Positions 7,882 to 14,570 of a DNA stretch of 28,134 nt are shown here, piece by piece. The stretch covers positions 1 to 28,134 of the IMG/VR virus record IMGVR_UViG_3300015249_000002, one strand, 5' to 3'. The notes beneath the pieces were generated by a model. It made no database searches, was not told the origin of the DNA, and was given only the letters and a program-made list of their open reading frames with translations. The translations under genes were made by a program, and so were the position numbers. Within the stretch, counting starts at the first letter, position 1, and every line of letters starts with the position of its first letter. This DNA comes from a virus. Its lineage: Duplodnaviria; Caudoviricetes.

Positions 7882-8301
7882 TCAGAACGGAATTTCGTCG
7901 TCGGTCATTTCGGCACCGGCCGGATGTCCAGATGGCGGGCCGCTGCTGATCGGGTCTTCGCGGCGTGCAGGCTTATTGTCCCTAGCGGTCGGAACGCGGC
8001 AGCGCAGCCCATCGACGGGCTTGCCCTGGAATTCCGTCCTGATGGAAAAGAGGATAAGCGGCTGGTCGTACCAATCGTCGCTGTCATCACCATAGAAATC
8101 TCCGATGGTGTTGGCGTTGGTCTTGTTCAAAACCATGCCTTTCTCTTTGCCCTTGAAGTACAGGACCAGTTTCTTGTCGCTGCCGATTTCCTCGCGTTCG
8201 ACGTTACCCATGGTGACGCGGACTTCCTGCCCTTTGAGGTCAGAGGATTTGAGGTATTTGCTGGGAAACTCTTCAGAGATTTTCATGTCGTGTGCTTTCA
8301 T
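7882..8301 (-). CDS. putative single-stranded DNA-binding protein
   Basis: FPSKYLKSSDL N-terminus, beta-rich core, flexible linker, and an SSB-type acidic tail DDEIPF. Confidence 0.65.
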   Translation of the reverse strand: MKAHDMKISEEFPSKYLKSSDLKGQEVRVTMGNVEREEIGSDKKLVLYFKGKEKGMVLNKTNANTIGDFYGDDSDDWYDQPLILFSIRTEFQGKPVDGLRCRVPTARDNKPARREDPISSGPPSGHPAGAEMTDDEIPF

Positions 8302-8344
8302 TTGGGTTCAGCAGATTTACTTCCAGCTCTGCCTCTACTGGTCG

Positions 8345-8590
8345 TTAGAACTCCATTTCAGCTTTGACGGCGTCCTGATGTGCATCCATGTTGAACGCAG
8401 TAAGAGCCTCAGCAATCAAAAGCCGCAGCGATTGTTCGGACGGCTCGGGCAGAAGCCCGCTACCGGCAATCGCCTCACAGTGTCCGATCAGCTTGGCGAC
8501 CGCATAAGCCTGTCGGGCAAGGTTTCGGATGGGGACGGGCTCGTGTTGAGCGCGCCAGCAATCCAGTTGAATGTCTGCCATTCTGGACAT
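8345..8590 (-). CDS. hypothetical protein
   Basis: 81 aa, with a TGATG overlap with the upstream gene. Confidence 0.65.
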   Translation of the reverse strand: MSRMADIQLDCWRAQHEPVPIRNLARQAYAVAKLIGHCEAIAGSGLLPEPSEQSLRLLIAEALTAFNMDAHQDAVKAEMEF

Positions 8591-8862
8591 CAGAAATTCC
8601 CCGGTCCGTGCATCGTTTCCTGGATCATCGAGTAGAGCTTCATTTCCGAATTAGGCGCCTGCTCGCCGTAGTCGCCGTCAACCACGTCGCAACGGTCCTT
8701 GAAGTATTCGGCGCACTCCTCCAGATCAGCTTCGAGGCGGCTGATGCGCTGGTAGGCGGCGCGAAGTTCCTCAGCCTTGGCGTCGATCTGTCGGCCAATT
8801 GCGGCGCAGTCGTCGTCGAACTTGCCGAGAATTGCGTTGTCGATGAATGAGGTTTCCATCAC
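8590..8862 (-). CDS. hypothetical acidic coiled-coil protein
   Basis: 90 aa, AGGAGAG RBS, coupled at both ends. Confidence 0.65.
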   Translation of the reverse strand: MMETSFIDNAILGKFDDDCAAIGRQIDAKAEELRAAYQRISRLEADLEECAEYFKDRCDVVDGDYGEQAPNSEMKLYSMIQETMHGPGNF

Positions 8863-9083
8863 GTTGCTCTCCTGGTAAGTTCTTCAGCCTGTTCTTTGGT
8901 GAGCGGCGGCATCTCTGTGACGGCGTAGACCTCCCAGTCAGCTAGCTGTCCTATAGGGCTGCTGACATTTTCAACATCCTCGGTGCCGAGCTGGAATTTC
9001 CTGCGTGCACCTTCGATATCGAAGGCCTCAACCACCCAACGCTCGTCGCGAACGACCCTCATGTTGGCTTCGAACATGGGCAT
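8859..9083 (-). CDS. hypothetical protein
   Basis: 74 aa, GGGGAG RBS, TAATG overlap with the upstream gene. Confidence 0.6.
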   Translation of the reverse strand: MPMFEANMRVVRDERWVVEAFDIEGARRKFQLGTEDVENVSSPIGQLADWEVYAVTEMPPLTKEQAEELTRRAT

Positions 9084-9250
9084 TAGACTATCTCCCCGTC
9101 GCCGTTCTCGATGCTGAAGTTGTTGTCGTCGGTTTCGTCGTCATTGAGCTTCCGCGTCTGACGATTGCAGGCGCCCATTGCCCGAAGCCGTTCCAGCGTC
9201 ATTGCGCAGTAGTAGTCAGTGACGTGCAGCGCGTGCTGGGGCTCGGTCAT
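9083..9250 (-). CDS. hypothetical protein (55 aa, acidic C-terminus)
   Basis: Read manually: MTEPQHALHVTDYYCAMTLERLRAMGAC...DDETDDNNFSIENGDGEIV. Its stop overlaps the next ATG. Confidence 0.55.
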   Translation of the reverse strand: MTEPQHALHVTDYYCAMTLERLRAMGACNRQTRKLNDDETDDNNFSIENGDGEIV

Positions 9251-9251
9251 G

Positions 9252-9341
9252 TCACCAGACCAGGAAGCTGTAGAAAGCGACGACCGGCGCCACCATCAGG
9301 GCGAACATCGTGGTGAGAATGAAGGTCTGGAGATTTTTCAT
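9252..9341 (-). CDS. 29-aa membrane peptide
   Basis: MKNLQTFILTTMFALMVAPVVAFYSFLVW, with a GGGGTG RBS-like sequence. Ends 1 nt before the next ATG. Confidence 0.5.
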   Translation of the reverse strand: MKNLQTFILTTMFALMVAPVVAFYSFLVW

Positions 9342-9351
9342 ACCATCACCC

Positions 9352-9501
9352 CTAGGCGGCTTTTGTCGCTAGAAACTTCACCGCCTCGGTCGCGAGGTAG
9401 GGGAGCTGCGCGATGATCTGCGCTTCGGTCCAACCAGCGGCCTGAAGTTCGGCAACACCGGCTTCGACGAGGGTCTTTGCGTTTTGGGCTGATTTGGTCA
9501 T
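9352..9501 (-). CDS. first gene of the leftward early operon (49 aa)
   Basis: MTKSAQNAKTLVEAGVAELQAAGWTEAQIIAQLPYLATEAVKFLATKAA, with a GGGAG RBS just downstream of the PL-like promoter. Confidence 0.6.
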   Translation of the reverse strand: MTKSAQNAKTLVEAGVAELQAAGWTEAQIIAQLPYLATEAVKFLATKAA

Positions 9502-9527
9502 CTGCTTGCTCCCGTTTCGATGAGAAC

Positions 9528-9571
9528 AATCTAGGACGATTTGTCCTTACGGTCAAGGACTATTTGTCCTT
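9528..9571 (-). promoter_or_regulatory. PL-like promoter with two repressor operators
   Basis: Minus strand TTGACC (9551-9556), 17 bp, TAGATT (9528-9533). Palindromes AGGACgatttGTCCT (9533-9547) and AAGGACtatttGTCCTT (9555-9571). Confidence 0.8.
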
Positions 9572-9596
9572 ATCTCAAAAATAATTTTCAGGACGC

Positions 9597-9630
9597 AAAA
9601 AGGCCCCTTACCCGAATAGGGCAGGGGCCT
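9597..9630 (-). terminator. intrinsic terminator downstream of cI
   Basis: AGGCCCCT...AGGGGCCT stem followed by a T-run on the minus strand, ~20 nt after the cI stop. Confidence 0.7.
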
Positions 9631-9651
9631 GAGGAAACAGGGGTAAACGGG

Positions 9652-9972
9652 CTAGGCGGCTCGCTTGGAGCGCGGGCGCTTTGTCTTGGTCGCCGCTACC
9701 GGCTCGTCTGCTTCAGCGACGTGGAGGGGTTTAAGGGGCTTCTGGCCCCGGCCGGTCAGGAGCCAATCAGGCTCAATCCTGGTTATGATGCAAAATCGGC
9801 CTATTAGATGGTGCGGCAGGAGGCTTCGGCCTTCGTACTGCTTATACTTGTCTTGAGGCATCCCCAAGGACTCGGCGATCTGCCACTGCTTCATGCCAGT
9901 GGCGATACGCGCCGCCTTCACACGGTCGATAAAGTCTTGTTTGAACTGGGCTTCTATATCGGATTCGGCCAT
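9652..9972 (-). CDS. cI: CI-like XRE-family repressor (106 aa, no peptidase domain)
   Basis: RVKAARIATGMKQWQIAESLGMPQDKYKQYEGR HTH and PDWLLTGRG motif. Divergent from cro. Start placed at ATG 9972. Confidence 0.8.
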   Translation of the reverse strand: MAESDIEAQFKQDFIDRVKAARIATGMKQWQIAESLGMPQDKYKQYEGRSLLPHHLIGRFCIITRIEPDWLLTGRGQKPLKPLHVAEADEPVAATKTKRPRSKRAA

Positions 9973-9973
9973 C

Positions 9974-10050
9974 TGGACATTATGTCCTAAAGACAATTTT
10001 TCGTCTAAGGACAGAATGGCCTTGCGTTTAAGGACCGTTTGTCCTATAAC
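9974..10050. promoter_or_regulatory. OR region: three operators with back-to-back PRM-like and PR-like promoters
   Basis: Operators TGGACattatGTCCT (9974-9988), AAGGACagaatGGCCTT (10007-10023), AGGACcgtttGTCCT (10031-10045). PR: TTGCGT (10022-27), 17 bp, TATAAC (10045-50). PRM on the minus strand: TAGACG (10002-07), 17 bp, CATAAT (9979-84). Confidence 0.8.
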
Positions 10051-10057
10051 CTCGCCT

Positions 10058-10303
10058 ATGGCCAAGAAAATCACATCGTTCAGCGAATTGATCGAACTTT
10101 GGGACACCCGAGAGGCACTGGCATCCGATCTCGGTGTCAAGGCTTTCGTGGTCTCTAAGTGGTGGCAGCGCGATAGCGTACCTGCCGACTGGTGGTCCGC
10201 GATCTTGGCGACTGATGTAGCAGTAAAAGCCGGGTTGAAAGCTGAGACCTTCGTGGCCTTAGCGGCGCGCAAAGCAACCGAGCTTGAAGAGGCTCGTACA
10301 TGA
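10058..10303 (+). CDS. cro: Cro-like HTH regulator
   Basis: SFSELIELWDTREALASDLGV...VSKWWQRDSVPADWW is a Cro/YdaS-like pattern. First gene after PR. Confidence 0.8.
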   Translation: MAKKITSFSELIELWDTREALASDLGVKAFVVSKWWQRDSVPADWWSAILATDVAVKAGLKAETFVALAARKATELEEART

Positions 10304-10545
10304 TCGAGCCGAATGACATTTGGCATCTTTGTGCGTCCCCGTTGACGTGCAAGACAACGAGATACAACTGCATAACCCTTCTGCGTTCAACACCAATCCG
10401 ACACTTTTTCGACATGCACGTGTCACGTGTGTCTTTTGGACAGCAAATTCACTCAACCGTGAATAGAGCAACGTCAGTCAAGTTGTCTGACACATCAATT
10501 CCCGAAGCCGGCCCGTGTGGGTTCAGTTGGGAGGAAGGTTCATGA
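10300..10545 (+). CDS. possible hypothetical protein
   Basis: ATGA overlap with cro, but no recognisable motif; also overlaps an antisense ORF. Confidence 0.35.
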   Translation: MIEPNDIWHLCASPLTCKTTRYNCITLLRSTPIRHFFDMHVSRVSFGQQIHSTVNRATSVKLSDTSIPEAGPCGFSWEEGS

Positions 10546-10706
10546 CGCTCTACGAGGCTTTCATTTCGTGGCTGATTTTCAACGAGCTTTTCGCGATCTG
10601 GCGCTTTGAGATTTATCTCCTCAAGGCGAAGCAGAAGCTTGGCAGTAACCGCTCCAACGGACTGCCAAGTATCTAAGTCATCGTCGTTGTCGTGTGTACC
10701 TCCCAT
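10449..10706 (-). CDS. possible antisense hypothetical protein
   Basis: DDDDLDTWQSVGAVTAKLLLRLEEI amphipathic helix. Occupies the otherwise empty cro-cII gap. Confidence 0.35.
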   Translation of the reverse strand: MGGTHDNDDDLDTWQSVGAVTAKLLLRLEEINLKAPDREKLVENQPRNESLVERHEPSSQLNPHGPASGIDVSDNLTDVALFTVE

Positions 10707-10757
10707 GTCGATCATCAAACATGGAAGGTTTTGCAAGTGGGAAAAAAGAGGCTGCCA

Positions 10758-11105
10758 ATGAGTGACGCTGCGTTTTTAGACCAAGCTGCCGCGTGGTCGA
10801 AAGATCTCACGCGAATGAAGGCCCGCGGGCCGGGTGATATCGAAAACGCAATGCGCCAGATCGAACGACAGTACGGAGTCGATTACGGATTCCTGTGGTC
10901 CTTAAGATATCGCCGGGACCGGCTCAGGATAATCAGCATCTCGGTCTACGAGAGCATCAGGGCGGCTTATCGCGCAGAGTGTGCGGCACAAATGCGAAAG
11001 CTGGAACATGATCTTAAACGAACCGAGGAAATCGCCGGGGCTGATAGCAATTCTGTTCGCGCGGCTAAGGCTCTTCTTCAGCAGAACATTGGGGAGGCTG
11101 AGTAA
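10758..11105 (+). CDS. CII-position helical DNA-binding-like protein
   Basis: AAGAGG RBS. HTH-like ENAMRQIERQYGVDYGFLWSLRYR plus a coiled coil. Lies downstream of cro. Confidence 0.6.
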   Translation: MSDAAFLDQAAAWSKDLTRMKARGPGDIENAMRQIERQYGVDYGFLWSLRYRRDRLRIISISVYESIRAAYRAECAAQMRKLEHDLKRTEEIAGADSNSVRAAKALLQQNIGEAE

Positions 11106-11393
11106 ATGACCAATCTCCCCAACCCCTTTTCAGATTCCGGCGCCCCCCCCTCCGGCGGGCCGGATGAAGCCGCCGCACCTCGCGCTCCCACGCTTCCCGG
11201 TGCGGCGGCAGATATTCAGCAGAAGCTCCTCGCTGCGATCGAGGACGACTACCGCTTTGTCCTGGACGAGGAGAAATTCCTATTCGACATCGGCTGCATT
11301 CCGGACGACTTCGGAAAATACATGGCGATGATGGAAGGCCTCACCGACAACGATGAGCCTCCACTATTCATTCAGGAGCAGATGCGCGCATGA
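11106..11393 (+). CDS. hypothetical protein
   Basis: 95 aa, GGGGAGG RBS, coupled to gcrA. The 5' part overlaps GC-rich hairpins. Confidence 0.6.
   Translation: MTNLPNPFSDSGAPPSGGPDEAAAPRAPTLPGAAADIQQKLLAAIEDDYRFVLDEEKFLFDIGCIPDDFGKYMAMMEGLTDNDEPPLFIQEQMRA
11169..11209. repeat. 11-bp perfect GC-rich inverted repeat
   Basis: GCCGCCGCACC (11169-11179) and GGTGCGGCGGC (11199-11209), 19-nt loop, no U-tract. Confidence 0.6.
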
Positions 11394-11872
11394 GGAATAA
11401 CGTGCCCTCGATCTGGAATGAAGACCGAATAGAAACACTCAAAAACCTATGGGCTGCTGGATTCAGCTTCTCTGGCATCGCGGCAAAGATAGGTGAAGGA
11501 ATAACCCGCAACGCGGTGTGCGGTAAGATTTACCGGATGGCCTTGCCAAACCGATACAGCAACGAACCGAGAAGTTTTACCCGGCGTACACCGGAACAGA
11601 TCGAGGCCACCAAGCGTGCAAAGGCCGCGCGCCGTAACGAGAAGCGGCGCAGTCAGCGAGTAACCGTGGTGAGGATCAGGCCAGTCAATTTAGAGGCGTT
11701 GCGTTGCGTTGAAGTCATTCCGCAGCACAAGAGCCTGTTGGAGCTTGATGCTGGGGGATGCCGTTTCCCGTATGGAGACGGGCCAAATTATACCTTCTGC
11801 AATCACGCTCAACTTGAAGGCTTTTCGTACTGCGGACCTCACGCAGCGCTTAGCCGCCGGAGAATGTCATGA
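11390..11872 (+). CDS. gcrA: GcrA-family cell-cycle regulator homologue
   Basis: N-terminal WNEDRIETLKNLW..G.S.S.IA..IG.GITRNAVCGKIYR and C-terminal SLLEL...CRFPYGD...FC......YC..H match the two GcrA domains. Confidence 0.88.
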   Translation: MRNNVPSIWNEDRIETLKNLWAAGFSFSGIAAKIGEGITRNAVCGKIYRMALPNRYSNEPRSFTRRTPEQIEATKRAKAARRNEKRRSQRVTVVRIRPVNLEALRCVEVIPQHKSLLELDAGGCRFPYGDGPNYTFCNHAQLEGFSYCGPHAALSRRRMS

Positions 11873-12036
11873 CCATCAATCTGCACGATATCATCGTTGA
11901 CCGCAGCCCGCGCGACAAGGCCCTTCGCCTAGAAAAGCTACGAGCCGAACTCGTGAAGGAAGGCTATTCGATCGTTGCCACTGCCTGGCTCGACAAGCTC
12001 AACGCCGCAATCCTCAAGCGGGGGATCGAGGCATGA
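11869..12036 (+). CDS. hypothetical protein (55 aa)
   Basis: Read manually: MTINLHDIIVDRSPRDKALRLEKLRAELVKEGYSIV.... ATGA overlaps at both ends. Confidence 0.6.
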   Translation: MTINLHDIIVDRSPRDKALRLEKLRAELVKEGYSIVATAWLDKLNAAILKRGIEA

Positions 12037-12215
12037 AACCTGCTCCGCTTCACCTCATGGTGGATCGCCTGAGAGGGTTACCCATTGAGGATCAGATTTC
12101 ACGGCTGCGAGTGATGGTCTCGCTTGAGAAACCGCTCAGCGTGCGGCGCAGTGAGTTGGAGAGCTTGCTTGCTTCGAAGATGCTCCGGCTCTTGAGGGGA
12201 GATGTGGCGGCATGA
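12033..12215 (+). CDS. hypothetical protein
   Basis: 60 aa, coupled at both ends. Confidence 0.6.
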   Translation: MKPAPLHLMVDRLRGLPIEDQISRLRVMVSLEKPLSVRRSELESLLASKMLRLLRGDVAA

Positions 12216-12415
12216 GCGATAGCCTGCGCCAGTCTGTGCCGACAGCGGATCTGGAGCGCTATTATCACTGCGGCTGGGCATACATCATGCCTGACTTCGA
12301 CAAGCCCAACCATTCATGGATCGAGTGGCTGAGCAACAAGATGCCAGTTTATCCGCTGCGTTCCAACAAACCACAAACCGAGAGAGAGCATGAGCGAAGC
12401 ACAAGCCGGGCATAA
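12212..12415 (+). CDS. hypothetical protein
   Basis: 67 aa, with an ATGA overlap at the start. Confidence 0.55.
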   Translation: MSDSLRQSVPTADLERYYHCGWAYIMPDFDKPNHSWIEWLSNKMPVYPLRSNKPQTEREHERSTSRA

Positions 12416-12641
12416 TTCGAAAGAGCAACTTCGATCGATCACCGAGCGGATCAACCGCCTGGAGGACGAGAAGAAGACCATATCGGGAGACATCAGCGAT
12501 GTTTACGCGGAGGCCAAAAGCAACGGATACAATCCGCAAGCCCTACGTGTGATTGTCCGTAAACAGCGGGCCGACGCCAAGAAGGCCGAAGCTCTCGAAG
12601 CCGACGTTCAGGCCTACATGGTTTCTATGGGAATGGTCTAA
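12390..12641 (+). CDS. gapR: GapR / DUF2312 (UPF0335) nucleoid-associated protein homologue
   Basis: EQLRSITERINRLEDEKKTISGDISDVYAEAKSNGYNPQALRVIV..Y..SMGM matches the DUF2312 signature. Confidence 0.88.
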   Translation: MSEAQAGHNSKEQLRSITERINRLEDEKKTISGDISDVYAEAKSNGYNPQALRVIVRKQRADAKKAEALEADVQAYMVSMGMV

Positions 12642-12644
12642 GCT

Positions 12645-13283
12645 ATGGACATTGGCTGGATGGTAGCAGAGCTAATCGAGGCTGGATGTGCGCCTGATGT
12701 GGCTGCTTCCGTTGTTGCTAGTGCGTTCGTTGCCGGTGTTAATTCCACCGGAATTCCGCGGAATCCGGTGGACAAAGCAGCGGAGAAAAGACGCGCTTAT
12801 GACCGCGAACGAAAGCGGAAATCCACCGGAAATCCACCGGAATCCACCGGAAATCCAGAACCGCCCTCTATATCTTTAAATAGTAATAAGAAAGAAAAGA
12901 AAGATAGGGGCAGCCAATTGGCGGAAGCTTGGAGACCGGACGAAATCCGTTGGACAGCCGCTTGCCGGAAGCTCGGGAACGACGGCGCCGAACGAGAGCT
13001 GAGCAAATTCACATCGCACCATCGGGCGAAGGGCACAGTTTTCAAAAACTGGAACTTTGCTTGGGACAAATGGCTGCTGAACGCCGCTGACTGGGGGCCG
13101 AAACAGGCCGCTGGAGTGGGTGTCGTAAATCCAGAAGACGTTAATTGGCGAGCCGCTTTGCAAAGCTACACAAGCTTTGGGAACTGGCCAAAAGGCCACG
13201 GAAACGATCCGACTTCGCCAGCGTGCCGAGCCCCGCCTGAGCTGTTGCGTGAGTTTGGCCTCGAACTCCGGAGGATGGCATGA
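12645..13283 (+). CDS. phage replication initiator (lambda O position), possibly with a DnaT-like C-terminal region
   Basis: AEKRRAYDRERKRK motif, internal iterons, K/E-rich linker, and ELSKFTSHH...KNWNFAWDKWL motif. Confidence 0.7.
   Translation: MDIGWMVAELIEAGCAPDVAASVVASAFVAGVNSTGIPRNPVDKAAEKRRAYDRERKRKSTGNPPESTGNPEPPSISLNSNKKEKKDRGSQLAEAWRPDEIRWTAACRKLGNDGAERELSKFTSHHRAKGTVFKNWNFAWDKWLLNAADWGPKQAAGVGVVNPEDVNWRAALQSYTSFGNWPKGHGNDPTSPACRAPPELLREFGLELRRMA
12741..12905. repeat. iterons plus AT-rich tract: putative phage replication origin
   Basis: ATCCACCGGA three times in tandem (12821-12851), a further TTCCACCGGA at 12743, an inverted TCCGGTGGA at 12764, then an A/T-rich tract at 12868-12905. 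Confidence 0.75.
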
Positions 13284-13396
13284 CAATGCTGATCACAGTT
13301 GGCCTCACGATTAGCTTTGGAATCGCATGTATTTTTGTCGGCTACTGTTGGGGAGTTCAGGATGGATGGCAGCTTTGTTATAGGAGCAGAAAATGA
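13280..13396 (+). CDS. 38-aa membrane peptide
   Basis: MTMLITVGLTISFGIACIFVGYCWGVQDGWQLCYRSRK, with a GGAGG RBS and ATGA overlaps at both ends. Confidence 0.55.
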   Translation: MTMLITVGLTISFGIACIFVGYCWGVQDGWQLCYRSRK

Positions 13397-13683
13397 TCCG
13401 CGACCCATCAGACGGCAGCTTGAGAGAACCGAAGCCCGCCGAAAAGCCACTGGTATCGTCAACAACCTCTGGCCTTCCGTCCCCCGCAGCAAAGGACGCC
13501 GACAGGCACGAGCGCTCAAGGAAATGGCTGGCTGACTATCGGCTGACGAAGGCCCTGGAAGATATCCGTGACAATGCGGCCACCATGGCAAATGGCGGAG
13601 CATGGGCGGCCGGAATTGCCAATCTCTGTCTAGCATCGATCCCAGAATATCGCGGCAAACCTAAATCCGAGGAACAACCATGA
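13393..13683 (+). CDS. hypothetical protein
   Basis: 96 aa, AGGAG RBS, coupled at both ends. Confidence 0.65.
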   Translation: MIRDPSDGSLREPKPAEKPLVSSTTSGLPSPAAKDADRHERSRKWLADYRLTKALEDIRDNAATMANGGAWAAGIANLCLASIPEYRGKPKSEEQP

Positions 13684-14267
13684 TCGGGGCGCAAGTGAAA
13701 TCACGGAATATCCGCCGCCAAGGGATTCCCGCGAGCAAACGTGGCGTTCCAAACCCGGAATATCCGTCAATAGAAATCCACGGCTGCCCTACGGCAGAAC
13801 GCCTGAGCAAATCAGCCGGCGATTTCACGCTCGGTGGCGAAGACCGCGGCATCAAAACATACATCATGCGAGACAGCCCACTCGACCGCGCCCACAAGAA
13901 GGGGATTATCTCCGGCGCCGAGCATTCTGCGCTGCAGAAATATAGACATCATTGGTTCCATGCCGGCCAGGCCCCCACGATCTCATCGCTCGACCTCGAC
14001 CGGATATTCTCAGGAGGCGATAGCGGCCCCGCCGGGATGCCCAAGAGCGAGGGGCAGGTATTCCACCGTCAGCGCTGGCGGGAGGCTCAGGAGTGCCTCG
14101 GGCTTCGTTCTGCGCACATTGCAGAGTTGTTCGTATGTCGGGAAGAAAATCTTGAGGTCTGCGGGCAGTGGATCGGGTGGCGCAGCAAGCCACAGGCAAT
14201 TGCGGGCGCGGCTGAACTGGTGAAGGATGCAGGATACAGATTAGCCAAGCTTTGGGGGATTGGGTGA
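13680..14267 (+). CDS. putative late-gene regulator (Q position)
   Basis: Last large early gene. PLDR..KKG.IS..E..A...Y motif and a C-terminal HTH-like region. Function inferred from synteny. Confidence 0.55.
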   Translation: MIGAQVKSRNIRRQGIPASKRGVPNPEYPSIEIHGCPTAERLSKSAGDFTLGGEDRGIKTYIMRDSPLDRAHKKGIISGAEHSALQKYRHHWFHAGQAPTISSLDLDRIFSGGDSGPAGMPKSEGQVFHRQRWREAQECLGLRSAHIAELFVCREENLEVCGQWIGWRSKPQAIAGAAELVKDAGYRLAKLWGIG

Positions 14268-14452
14268 TGGATAGGGAAAGCCGTTTCATCCTGAATGATT
14301 TGACGGATGTCGTGGAGGAACTGACAAAAATTGTGCGAGAGCTAAATCCAGGAGCGAATTGGAAATTTATTGATTTCCTTTTGGCCCGCGTTGACCGTCA
14401 ACTGGACGACGTGTTGGAGGCCTCAGTAATACAAACTGAGGACGGCTATTGA
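14267..14452 (+). CDS. hypothetical protein (61 aa, AT-richer)
   Basis: TGATG overlap with the upstream gene; helical and acidic. Confidence 0.5.
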   Translation: MDRESRFILNDLTDVVEELTKIVRELNPGANWKFIDFLLARVDRQLDDVLEASVIQTEDGY

Positions 14453-14496
14453 CTTGTTAAACCAAATCACCACAAATCAGGCAGGATCATAATTGC

Positions 14497-14528
14497 GCCC
14501 GCCAGCTTTGATTAGTTGGCGGGTTTTT
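14497..14528 (+). terminator. intrinsic terminator upstream of terS
   Basis: GCCCGCCAGCT-ttgatt-AGTTGGCGGGT stem-loop followed by a T-run. Confidence 0.7.
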
Positions 14529-14570
14529 CAATGGGACTGAAAAACATTCATACGAAATCAAAACAATCAA

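Noticed and set aside
9973-10326. N-terminal extension of cI in the ORF track (224 aa)
   Set aside because: It would overlap cro and the operators. The HTH begins after ATG 9972, which sits directly behind a PRM-like promoter.
12817-12857. Short tandem repeats resembling a CRISPR or VNTR
   Set aside because: No spacers or cas genes; better explained as replication iterons.
13299-13535. 78-aa ORF from the track
   Set aside because: Superseded by the coupled pair 13280-13396 and 13393-13683, which have RBSs and ATGA overlaps.
14456-14475. Possible CtrA box near the late promoter
   Set aside because: Only a single TTAA half-site; no TTAA-N7-TTAA.
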